A stretch of 63,408 nt of DNA, filler included, from Octopus bimaculoides (GCF_001194135.2; 5 parts of 5 records of this genome joined end to end with filler, not necessarily neighbours in it), one strand, 5' to 3'. Numbered from the whole stretch's first letter, positions 51,670 to 63,253 are shown. Made by a program: numbers and translations. The notes: generated by a model from the sequence alone, not told the origin.

Positions 51670-53950
51670 CTTACTCCGCGCACGCAAAATATACCCTTGC
51701 AAACCGAGGAAGAGGGCAGATGGCTAATGTCTTGGACAATGATATTAGGATTACGAGATTGGATGTAGCACAACAGGAAGGAAAAACCAAAACGAGATGC
51801 AACTTTTGCGGGAAAATATTTAAAAGTGAACTTGATAGGAAAATCCATCGAGGCAAATCTAAGAGCTAAGAGCAACACCTGATGCTAACCAGAGACCTAT
51901 TTCTAAGCGTATTAGAACTGCTTGCCAGTCGGAGTAGGACCAGGACCAAGAGGCAAACCAGAGTGTCCATGGCCTCTCTGCTCAGCTTGCTTAACAAGAA
52001 GAATGGGTGAATCTGGTAGTCTAGGGAATTTGGGGGAGGAAACCGACTGAATTTGTCTCGAATGACAGATCGCAGATGGGCCCAGTTGGATGAGGGTCAG
52101 AACAGTATCTAAGACAACATTCTGAGAGCAGATGCAACCGAAAAGTTAAGAATTGCCAAGATTTTGACATGAATAAATGAAAACTAATAAGTGACATGGT
52201 CTCGGTTCGAGGCAGCATTATATCACAGAACTGAAGAAATACTTGAAACAGCCGAACAGAAGTTAGAAAGAAGCAGAAGCAGATGAAGAAAAGGTAGTTT
52301 CAAATCAACTTAGCTAAGAATTTATGGAGAAACCTTTTCCAGTTTCCAGTTCGCGAAGACTATCCGAAAAAAGCAGTGAGCAAGCGAACGAGCAAGAGAG
52401 AGAGAGAGAGAGAGAGAGAGGAGGGAGAGGGGGAGAGGGGGAGAGAGAGGGAGAGAGAGAGGGGGAACAAACAAACAGAGATATAGAGGGGAAGCAGAAG
52501 AGAACCTTTTTAATCAACCTCTTCTGGCTCACAGCTGACCTAAGAGAGCCTAAAAAGTGGGAGGCTTATATGTTCCAAGGAAAAGTGCAGGATACAGTGG
52601 CAGTTGTGCACGGTGACCCCCAGGAGAGACATCTTACTGGGATACTGTCCTTTCCAGGTGCTAATATTCAAGTCACACATCCCTTTCAACCTGGCAGACT
52701 TCACTCCCGACGAAATAAGGCAGTGGTAGTAAAAGCAGGACCAATATCTGCTCCAGAATCACCTGGCACAACGTGCAAGATTTACAAAAGCTGCTCACCA
52801 CTGGTGAAGAGGTTAGCAAAATTTGTACAAAAGATCTGGAAAAATAAAGAGAAACCGTGGGTCTAGACTCTTGCTGTGGGTTATTTTGTCAAAAAAATCA
52901 GCAAAACTTGACCTGAACAACTAGAACTCGGCAACTACAGAACCAAGAGGTGGAGAAATGGCAATAAAGGGAGCCAGATAGAGCTCATAGTGCTAAGGAT
53001 CCACATTACAATAGCGAAGCATCTTTGTATAAAAGTTGCAGGGTTTGCCTGCCTGGGACATTGGATGCAGTGGCATTGGGCACTCGAGCGAGCACTCTGG
53101 AGTACTGAGCAAGGAAAATTCCATTCTCCTGCATTTTATTGCTGGTCTCTTTCTAACTCTAAATAACCTTAAAATATAGGAGAAAGAAGACCCCCCCCCC
53201 TCCTGCAGTGTGATGTAACACACTGTACCCTGAAGGACTTTTTGGCCGGATGCCCTAAGGTACTGGAGAAGGCAGATACAAGTGGAGATAAGACAATGTC
53301 CTTTGTGAAAGAACCAAGTGGACGGACCTGAAGAGAATTAAGGCCAATAAGTGGCAAGTGTCATGACCCAACGGTATCCCGAGGGAAGGTGATTAGGTAC
53401 CTAAAGCAAGATCATCTGTGTGGACACATTTTCCACTTTGCATCATACCTCTTACTTGGAGATGCGAGTGAATCTGAAGGACAGACTCATCTTTCTCGGA
53501 AGAGGCAGTAGGAACATTGCTCCGACCAGGCATGGTCCTCTTAACCAGGAGCACAAATATAGTCATCGTGGCAGAATCTTGCCTGAGACGACAAACTTCA
53601 TATTTCCTCACCAACTGAAGAAAGTCAAATACCAAGAATTGACTGTCATTTCATGTCAACGGATGGCACGCAACCTTATTTCCCCACTAAAGAATGCTGC
53701 CGTGGTTTCCCAGCAAAATCAGTGGGCTATTTCTTGCGGAAGCTTGTTTTCAAACCCAAACATCTGAAGAAGGATAGCAAGGAGATAGCCATGGTAGCTA
53801 AGACGAGTTCAAAGTAGTGGATGACAAGAGACTGCAGATGGAACCCTTCTGCTGGCAAGGATTAATTCCCTTCTCTTTGTCCCATTCAGGAGAAGCGTTC
53901 AGGCTAAGAGACGAAAAGCTTACAACCCTGAGATATTTGATGAAGAGTTA
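51670..53950 (+). mobile_element. HERO-like (R2-group, restriction-like endonuclease) non-LTR retrotransposon, degenerate, RT core deleted
   Basis: N-terminal zinc finger CNFCGKIFKSELDRKIHRGK; KA..ISAPESPG..KIYKSC; EHSGVL; knuckle CPLQC...TL..FLAGCPK..GEGRYKWR.DNVL; endonuclease TLLRPGMVL..ST..VIVAE, KKVKYQEL, CRGFPAKS. Confidence 0.8.
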
Positions 53951-54309
53951 AAGGGATTCTCAATATTGCAATAGCTTTAGTCATCATCAAAATATTTTGA
54001 AGCAGTTTTACCTAATTTTTTAAAGTTATGTACTTATCAAATTTTAAATAGAAATAAGATTATAGCAATTTTTCCAGTTTTATATTGTCTTTAAAACACG
54101 TTATAGATATCTATAATGCGATAAGTGTATTTGTATATATACGTTCTTTTGTGAGTAACATGTAACCCTAACCCTAACCATTTGTTAAAACAAACAGGAG
54201 TTAAAACATATGTGAAAGTGAACGACGGTGGAAGGAGAAAAAATATTACTTACGAATAATAATAGACGCACACGAATGCAAGCAAAGGGGAAGCGCAGCG
54301 AATCATCCG

Positions 54310-54883
54310 AAACAACTTCCAAAGCAGGACGTCACCCGAAGAAGGTTATGCTTTCAATTTGGTAAGATTGAAAGAGTGTTGGCTTTTACAAGCTTCGTCC
54401 TACGGACAGAACCATCGATGCGGATGTATACTGTGACCAGTTGGACAAATTTTCGGCTGCAATCTACCAGAAGCATACAGCATTTGCAAATCGTAAGGAC
54501 GTTGTCTTTCATCGCGACAATGCCAGACCGCACACTTCTTTGCAGACGCAACTGAAGTTATTGGGGCTTGGCTAGTAAGTTTGTCTGCACCATTCATATT
54601 TGCCCGACCTTGTACCTTCAGATTTCCGCCAGTTTGGGTCTCTTCAAAATTCATTGAATGAACAGACGTTCAACACTGAAAAGGATATAGAAATTCATAT
54701 GACAGAGTTTTTCGCCAGTAAAGACATAAAATTCGTTGAGTAGGGAATGCGGTTCTACCCACAAGATGGTAGAAGATAATGGGACAAAACAGAAATTATA
54801 TCATTGATTGAATAAATTGCTTTGTGCATAAAACTTGTCTTATTTTCGCTTAAAAAATCGAATGGACGTTTTGACCAACCCAA
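54310..54883 (+). mobile_element. mariner transposon 3' half, degenerate
   Basis: KVMLSIW, TIDADVYCDQL, RKDVVFHRDNARPHTS, YLPDLVPSDF, LQNSLN..F, FFASK; ends ttgaccaacccaa. Confidence 0.9.
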
Positions 54884-55379
54884 TGTTGTTACGTCAAAGT
54901 GATTATGAGGTAACAATAAAATTGGAAAGTTTTCCTACTTCACTTTTGGACGTGCTCGGTATTTATTCTACAACGAAGATGTATTTTCAGTCAAACACAC
55001 ACACCAACAACACACCAACATACGTACATACGCAAATGCTTATACAGACATATACAAATACGCATACAAACAATACATATTAATTGTTATTCATTCACAG
55101 ACACATATACTCACACATTTGCACACACAAACCGCTGTATAATATTCAGATAGTGCTAAATATAATTTTCCTGTTATTTTGGTATTTTTATTTACATCCT
55201 CATACTCTCATTAGCTACTTTCATGTACATTTTAAAACAATAGCTCCGCCGTTATTGACCACTCACGTACTCTCATCTATCGTATAAGATTCGAGAATAT
55301 TTTAGAATGATGTAGTTAACGTATTTGTAATTTATACATTTTCTCATGACATGAAGTGTTTTCAATAATTCTGTAAGAT

Positions 55380-55600
55380 AAGGTGGCGAGCTGGCAGAAT
55401 CGTTACCTCGCCGGGCAAAATGCTTAGCGGTGTTTCATCCATCTTTAAGTTCTGAGTTCAAATGTCCCCGAGGTCGACTGTGCCTTTCATCATTTCGGAG
55501 TTGATAAAATAAGTACTAGTTGAAGACTGGGGTCGATGTAATCGATTTAGCTCCACTCTCGAAATTGCTAGCCTTGTGCCAAAATTTGAACCAATAATTT
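55380..55600 (+). mobile_element. tRNA-type SINE, family A (CpG-rich copy)
   Basis: aggtggcgagctggcagaatcgttacctcgccgggc...gccttgtgccaaaatttgaacc. Confidence 0.88.
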
Positions 55601-55689
55601 TGTAAGTTTAAGGCGGCGAGCTAGCAGAATCTTTAGCATGCTGAACAAGTGTTTGATGGCCTTGTAGGTACTGCATGTACCAAGGATAA

Positions 55690-57050
55690 TAAAAACTTCA
55701 CTTCAAACGTCAGTCTCCTGGAATGAATAGTAACACAACGAATGGAAGAAAATATAGCAGATCGAAATATTCGCAGAAAAGACAACCGCAAAACTTACCA
55801 GTGTTTCTCAGTAGCATTTGATGGGAAAACAGATATCACTGATGCAAATCAGCTCGCAGTATTTGTGCATGGTATAAACGTATATTTTGACATCATCGAA
55901 GAATGTTTTCAACTGGTGTCTACGAAGGGTACTACCACAAGAGCAAACATTCTTAAGGGGTGAATATGGACCTCTCAAAGCTACTATTCGTAAGAATAGG
56001 TGGAGTTCAGACAAAGGTTGGACAAAATAAAAGTGTCGTAACTTTGATTCAGAGGCACATGGAAAGCTTCGGAATTAAACAAACATCAGAAAAAGACTCT
56101 TCATAATCCATCAGGAAACATTATGTACTCTCAGGTTTGAAGGATTTGATGGACATGGTTCTAAAAACTCTAAACATACCTCGTTATTTTCGGCAACTTT
56201 TGTTGAATCAAAGAATCATCACAAAAACTTGATTTGCGTCTGCAATATTCGTTGGTTCCGTCGAATCACTATGCTAGAAAGAGTATACACTATGTAGGGA
56301 GGAAAAGCTACTTTTTTTTATTTAGAATGTCACATTTCAAACGGCTTTTAAACCGGTGAATATTTCTGGTGAATTTAAAATTTTGGTTTTTAAACCGAAT
56401 ATTTCTGGTAGATTTAATACTTCATTTAAACAACTTGAGTTTAAAGCTTCAGGAGTGGGGGAAATGAGCCAATACATGACATGTGAAGATACGTAGTCAC
56501 TTCGAAACAAAAAAGTGACTGTGGAAAAGCCAGCTTGTAAAATCAAATTATCCTATTTTTCCTAAAGTAGGATAGCTCAAACATAAATATAAGTAACACA
56601 TTTGTCACTGTGATACGTAACTGAAAAATTGATTTTTCTTCCTTTATGCCGATATTCATTTACACACTGGTGATTTCAAACTGTTTAATACTTCATTTGA
56701 TGTGGAAGTGAACACTTTTCTAGAAAATTTTCGAATTCAACAATGCAATGATCTATTAAAACTCAAATTTCATGCAGAGGGTGCATCTCTTGCTCGAGTT
56801 CAGCAAGAAACATTTTCCTGAAACTGAAATGTATACCAAATTTATAGATCATGCGTAAAAAAAAAAAAGATTCGACGAGAAGTCAACATTTATGTCTAAG
56901 TGTAAGTAACTTTTCAAAAATGAAATATAGGAAAAACAAACAAAAGAAATACATTGCACTATGCTTCTAGCTTCATCTAGACTAACAGTGTGCGTGGAAA
57001 ATCTTTGAACCGGCAAACAACATCAAATATAATTAATTGTTGTATCCATT
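55690..57050 (+). mobile_element. hAT (Charlie/SPIN, GTF2IRD2-like) transposase remnant
   Basis: FSVAFDGKTDITDANQLAVFVHGIN..FDIIEECFQLVSTKGTTT; downstream frames disrupted. Confidence 0.8.
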
Positions 57051-57609
57051 TCAACATAAATAACAACTTAAATAGAATAAATTTAATCCTTTGTGTGATG
57101 TTTTGTTATGATTTCGTCTTGTAGCCTACCATCACATCACAGACTTCTCTTCCGGCCAATGAGTGAGAAAAAGCTGCTGATTCCTATTGTAGGTGATGTA
57201 TGAAAGTGACTACTTTATCAAAACTATTTCTTCTATGGCGATAGAAATCACAGTCAACGTAAACGCCACTCAGAAGAAATGCTACGAACAGTGCTGGATT
57301 AACCATTAAGCAAAATAAGCATGTGCATGGGGCACCAAGTGGGAGCACCACAGAAAAGGTAAATGGTTTACAGCACAAAAGATTTCACTTTAAGCCTCCT
57401 AAAACATTGGAAGTAGTTTATATGATCAGAAATATAGTTTCAAAGTGTTCATGGTGTTAAACGGGGTAGGAGAAAACTTTTCAAATATAAACAAAGTGCA
57501 AGTATACAAAAATAAACACTATTTTCCATCTTGTTTTATATTTAAGAGATTAGAAATTATGTACATTATTTACAATGTACAGATATTTGTCCTCATCTTG
57601 TTTGTTGTT

Positions 57610-57655
57610 AACACAACGTTTCGGCTGATATACCCTCCAGCCTTCATCAGATATC
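57610..57655 (-). ncRNA. Minimal type-I hammerhead ribozyme, core intact
   Basis: GATAT-CTGATGA-A-GGCTG(gagggtatat)CAGCC-GAA-ACGT-T-GTGTT: perfect 5-bp stem II, palindromic ACGU in place of stem III, GUU site; stem I is held partly by G.U pairs. Confidence 0.8.
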
Positions 57656-57816
57656 TTGGGGAAATTTCGAACCTGGGTTCTTATTCCTAAGGTATTTTTC
57701 GATGTTAACCCCAAAATTCCGAGTTCGATTCCAGGCAATGACCTGAATAATAATAATAATAATAACAACATCGAAAATACTTTAGGAATGTGGACCCAGG
57801 TTCGAAATTTTTCCAA

Positions 57817-57862
57817 GACACCTCATGAAGGCTGGAGGGTATATCAGCCGAAACGTTGTGTT
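57817..57862 (+). ncRNA. Minimal type-I hammerhead ribozyme with a core G5>C mutation
   Basis: GACAC-CTCATGA-A-GGCTG(gagggtatat)CAGCC-GAA-ACGT-T-GTGTT: Watson-Crick stem I, but CUCAUGA instead of CUGAUGA. Confidence 0.75.
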
Positions 57863-58501
57863 AACATCAAACAAGATGAGGACAAATATCCGTCAATTGT
57901 AAATAATGCAAATACTGTATTTTCCATCTTACTGATAGTTTTGTTTCATTTTGAAAAATAAAAATGTATTTATGTATATATGGGGGCACCAAAATCTGTT
58001 AATTGCTTAGGGCCTCTATGAGCCTTAATCCAGCCCTGGCTACGAAGCATTTTATACGACGCGCTAAGGATTCTACAATCTCGCTGCCAAAAATAATGAC
58101 GACGACGACGACGATAATGATGATTTCTTTGTCGACCACAAAGACCCAAAACATTGAGGACAATACAAGGATGAAATGCTAGCGCGTAAAAAATGGGTTT
58201 ACATCGAGTATAAAGAAGTCAACAAAAAACAAAGGATATAATAATAAAAAATTTCAACAAGAAAATTTCCCCAAGAGAAGACCATCTCAGGTAATTCATG
58301 GGGAAATCATGCACAGATCTAGATTACTCTGCTGCATCCAAGGCATCAAAAGTGCTCTCTCAGTTGTTTTCTTCCCACTTAAAGAAGCATATTTCATTCG
58401 AGATATTCAAACTGGATGTTAACGTATTAGAGTTTTCTTTTTGTTCATTGTCTATATTAATATTTTGAAATATTAGTCTTCCTTTTTTAATTGCTATTTG
58501 T

Positions 58502-59224
58502 AAGGCAGCGAGCTGGCAGAATTGTTACCACACCAGGCGAAATGCTCAGCGGTATTTCTTCTGTCTTTACGTTCTTCGGTCAAATTCCGCCGAGGTCGAC
58601 TTTGCCTTTCGGTGTCGATAAATTAAGTTCCATATACGTACATGGGTTGATCTAATCGACTGGACCCCTCCCCCAAAATTTCGGGCCTTGTGCCCAGAGT
58701 AGAAAGGATTATTTTGAGGTACAATTAAAATACTATTCTTCCTTTTTTTTTTAAAATTATTATTTGTAAGGCAGCGAGCTGGCAGAATCGTTACCACGCC
58801 GGACAAAATACTTAGCGACATTTCGTCCGTTTTTACACTTTGAGTTCAAATTCCACTGAGGTCGACTTTGCTTTTCATTCTTTCGGGGTCTATAAATTAA
58901 GTACCAGTCAAACACAGGGGTCGCGTAATCGACTAATCCCCTTTTCCCCAAATTTCAGACCTCGTGCATATAGTGAAAAGGAGTATTATTAGTTGTGATT
59001 TAGGCACTTGACCAACAATTTTAGAGTTGACGCTAGTTGCATAAATTGATTTTATTAAACCCAGAGGGAAGAAAGGCAAAATTTTCCTCTGCAGAATTTG
59101 AACTCAGAGCGTGAAAATTCTGAAAGAATATCGCAAGGCACTTTTTTTTAATATTTAACGATTCTGCCAGCTCGCCATCTTTGAGCTCTAATTTAGGTAC
59201 AAGGCTAGCAATTTTAAGGGGAGG
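58502..59224. mobile_element. Family A SINE cluster: two + copies (58502-58710, 58768-58985) and - copies (59060-59224)
   Basis: Direct match to the family A consensus. Confidence 0.85.
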
Positions 59225-61011
59225 NNNNNNNNNNNNNNNNNNNNNNNNNNNNNNNNNNNNNNNNNNNNNNNNNNNNNNNNNNNNNNNNNNNNNNNNNNNN
59301 NNNNNNNNNNNNNNNNNNNNNNNNNNNNNNNNNNNNNNNNNNNNNNNNNNNNNNNNNNNNNNNNNNNNNNNNNNNNNNNNNNNNNNNNNNNNNNNNNNNN
59401 NNNNNNNNNNNNNNNNNNNNNNNNNNNNNNNNNNNNNNNNNNNNNNNNNNNNNNNNNNNNNNNNNNNNNNNNNNNNNNNNNNNNNNNNNNNNNNNNNNNN
59501 NNNNNNNNNNNNNNNNNNNNNNNNNNNNNNNNNNNNNNNNNNNNNNNNNNNNNNNNNNNNNNNNNNNNNNNNNNNNNNNNNNNNNNNNNNNNNNNNNNNN
59601 NNNTGTGTTTGCGTAAATTTGCGGTTCGGCAAAAAGAGACAGATAGAATAAGTATCAGACTTTAAAAGTAAAATAAAATAAAATACGTACTGGAGTTGAT
59701 TCGTTCCATTAAAACCCTTGAAAGCGGTGCCTTATCATAGCAGTAGTCCAATGACTGAAACAAGTGAAAGATAACACTGTGTAACAAAATTTTTATTTAT
59801 TTATTTATTTATTTATCTTTGGTCAGTAAGTGTTATTTCCTATTTGCTTCTATGTAGAAATCAAAGGAAATCACTACTAATCCCTTCAAACTTTGATTTT
59901 GTGACCTGGACATCAATGTTTTGAAACTGACCTATTTTCCATTACAATTCAGACTCAGCGCTGAGTTGCTGAAGCAGAAAAATCATTATAGCAAATACTC
60001 TGTTCAATACCACAGATTTGCTTGCTAGTTGCTTGACCTTAACCACTTGACCATGTCTCTTAGTGAGTGACAATATTTGCATTTCTGATCATGAACAATA
60101 GTGGGGGAGCATCATAACCATGTGTTGAGAGGGATTCTTTGGGGTTTGAATAAATGTAACAAAAGCTAAATTTGAAGGAAATATTAGCCATTTTTCATAC
60201 TTTCTAAGGGTAAGCAAATAAGAAATAACAATTGTTACCCATAGACAAAAATCATGTTGCACAGTGTCATAAATGAAAGGTAACAAACTGTAGAGATGGA
60301 CAGGAGCAGTCGACGAAATTCTTTTCATTTGAATGAGTCTTTATCTTCTCGATGAAAGACGAAGTCAACTGATGGGATATAAACGAAAGCCTCACAAAAA
60401 ATAAAAGGAAAAATAATTATAAAAAAAGAGTAGAATATTTACAGTGGTTGTTGTTTTGTGGTCGTGGCATCGAAAGCGGAACGAGGTGATGAATGAGAGG
60501 AATTGGTGGAGAGAAGGAGAGTGTGAGAAAGAGTAAATAAAATTCCAAACATAACCTTCATTGGAATTGGTGTTCAGTGAAGCAAAACACTTCCCTATGG
60601 CAAGGAAGCTTCTTAGTAAAACCACATAGACTTCCTGGTTTTGTGTTTCAAGAAAACATAGACACACTCACTCATACGTTCACACACACATATATACACT
60701 CAACGCACGACCGTCTAAAAATTAACACATAATCACACACATACACTCGCTCATATGTTTAATACACATACATACACCGACCTATCTGTGACTACAAAAG
60801 TTTAACATTCATTCATAAAGTTTTTATAACACTATATATACGCTAAAATGTATACAAAGTTACACATGCGCATGCGCATCAGTATGCGTGTGCGCGAGTA
60901 TTTATATATGTATAAAATTACACATATACGTCTGTAGCAAAATATTTGGGATAGGACGTATGTACACACAGACATGCGCGCACACACACAAACACATGTC
61001 TATCTACCTAC

Positions 61012-61071
<60 letters not shown>

Positions 61072-61378
61072 TTCTACAGATATTCTATAGAACTTACAGC
61101 CAGCACTGATTTACCCTACAACGTTTCGTATCGAGACGTCAACAGACAATATTATCGAAAAAAAAGTGGGTAATGACTGTATATGCCATATTTCGGGGGG
61201 TTATTACCTCTTCTTCAGCACTCATTTAACTCAAAATTGCGTCCAGACACATTGCTTCTATAGCCACCGAATACAACAGTGTTAAGTTATTGGATATACC
61301 AACTTACATATTAGACTTATTCCTGGGGCTGGTATGTAAACATTAGTATGTAAACATTACCTACAAATCTTTAATATA

Positions 61379-61426
<48 letters not shown>

Positions 61427-61552
61427 CACACACACNNNNNNNNNNNNNNNNNNNNNNNNNNNNNNNNNNNNNNNNNNNNTTAATTAATTAANNNNNNNNN
61501 NNNNNNNNNNNNNNNNNNNNNNNNNNNNNNNNNNNATACATACATACATATA

Positions 61553-61585
<33 letters not shown>

Positions 61586-61603
61586 TACATACATACATAC
61601 ATA

Positions 61604-62049
61604 CAAGGTGCAATGGGTAAATTTACACTATTTTATATTTTTAATTTCGCGCATGCGCATAATTTGTTTTTGATTTTGTCGACTACACAATATAGCAGGG
61701 TCAGTTGGGCACCGTCTGTGAGAAAAACAGCACCATAATGCAATTCACTCAGCCAGAAATTTGGAAACGACACGCCGGAAGCTCCAATACGAACATTTCA
61801 GAGTGTTTGGGTGTCAATCTGAGGACAGTGCGATCTGAGAACATGTACCAAGAGGGATAAAAATCAAATATCCAGTCAACATCATGGTGTTTAGAGTGAT
61901 CACTAGTGATAGCGACGTTATGCCTTCATTCATCTTCCCACATGGCCTCAGACTCAACACGGAGGCCTACATCATGTGCCTAGAGGAGGTAGTGCTGCCC
62001 TGGGTCAAGAGAGTGGCTGCTGGAAGACCCTATATCTGGCAACAGGAGT
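61604..62049 (+). mobile_element. Tc1/mariner-superfamily element, internally deleted, running into a gap
   Basis: Starts TA-CAAGGTG; IMVFRVITSDSDVMPSFIFPHGLRLNTEAYIMCLEEVVLPWVKRVAAGRPYIWQQ; related to the 32934 element. Confidence 0.85.
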
Positions 62050-62749
62050 NNNNNNNNNNNNNNNNNNNNNNNNNNNNNNNNNNNNNNNNNNNNNNNNNNN
62101 NNNNNNNNNNNNNNNNNNNNNNNNNNNNNNNNNNNNNNNNNNNNNNNNNNNNNNNNNNNNNNNNNNNNNNNNNNNNNNNNNNNNNNNNNNNNNNNNNNNN
62201 NNNNNNNNNNNNNNNNNNNNNNNNNNNNNNNNNNNNNNNNNNNNNNNNNNNNNNNNNNNNNNNNNNNNNNNNNNNNNNNNNNNNNNNNNNNNNNNNNNNN
62301 NNNNNNNNNNNNNNNNNNNNNNNNNNNNNNNNNNNNNNNNNNNNNNNNNNNNNNNNNNNNNNNNNNNNNNNNNNNNNNNNNNNNNNNNNNNNNNNNNNNN
62401 NNNNNNNNNNNNNNNNNNNNNNNNNNNNNNNNNNNNNNNNNNNNNNNNNNNNNNNNNNNNNNNNNNNNNNNNNNNNNNNNNNNNNNNNNNNNNNNNNNNN
62501 NNNNNNNNNNNNNNNNNNNNNNNNNNNNNNNNNNNNNNNNNNNNNNNNNNNNNNNNNNNNNNNNNNNNNNNNNNNNNNNNNNNNNNNNNNNNNNNNNNNN
62601 NNNNNNNNNNNNNNNNNNNNNNNNNNNNNNNNNNNNNNNNNNNNNNNNNNNNNNNNNNNNNNNNNNNNNNNNNNNNNNNNNNNNNNNNNNNNNNNNNNNT
62701 ATATATATATATATATACTTTATTTAAAAGCAGCAGAAATATAACAAAA

Positions 62750-62795
62750 AAAACCGTTACTCTGAGTTTCACGTTCCCGTTCATCGGACAGTTTT
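62750..62795 (-). ncRNA. Type-I hammerhead ribozyme motif with an 8-bp stem I and one core mismatch
   Basis: AAAACTGT-CCGATGA-ACG(ggaa)CGT-GAA-AC(tcaga)GT-A-ACGGTTTT: all three stems form, GUA site, U4>C. Confidence 0.7.
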
Positions 62796-63063
62796 GTTAG
62801 AAAATATATATATATATATATATTGTTACGACCTGGTGGCCATAACCCGAATTTACACAACCATCAAGGATGGGGTGAACCCCAAACAACAACACACCAT
62901 GAAGTATTTTGTAAAATATTAACAATTAAGTGTCAGCATAAAAAAAAACAGCCAAAATACAAAAATATATACGAACAAAAATATATTAATGCTACATTAG
63001 ATGTGCAGTAAAAATATTTATAAATGTAAAGTATATATAGTTCAGAAATTCGAACTCAGAATC

Positions 63064-63253
63064 CCGGCTTCACCAAATTGATTTCACAATCTTGGATTCG
63101 TGATTCTGGATTCACAAATTTTGGTTCCACCAAAATTGGCCACACAAAACCTGGCCTCATAAATTTGATTTTCAAAAAATATGGATTTCGAAAATTTGGA
63201 TTTCATAAAATCTGGCTTCACAAATTCGGTTTTCGAACCTTGGATTTAGAACC
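63064..63253. repeat. Degenerate ~15-bp tandem array (consensus about tggatttcacaaaat), about 13 units
   Basis: Periodicity read directly; followed by cttacacctaaacataaa. Confidence 0.75.

Larger units (their letters stand above)
57562..57910. repeat. Inverted repeat with ~145-bp arms (57562-57706 and 57767-57910) and a 60-bp spacer; Penelope pseudo-LTR-like
   Basis: The arms are near reverse complements and each carries a hammerhead motif. Confidence 0.92.
57289..58038. mobile_element. hAT non-autonomous element (750 bp including a nested insert)
   Basis: TIRs CAGTGCTGGATTAA / TTAATCCAGCCCTG (13 of 14 match) and a perfect 8-bp TSD GCTACGAA at 57281-57288 and 58039-58046. Confidence 0.93.

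Noticed and set aside
54166-54180. Telomeric (CCCTAA)n tract
   Set aside because: Only about 2.5 units, internal to a repeat; not a telomere or a fusion site.
62824-62940. TGTTACG start suggestive of an LTR end
   Set aside because: No matching terminus or TSD found.
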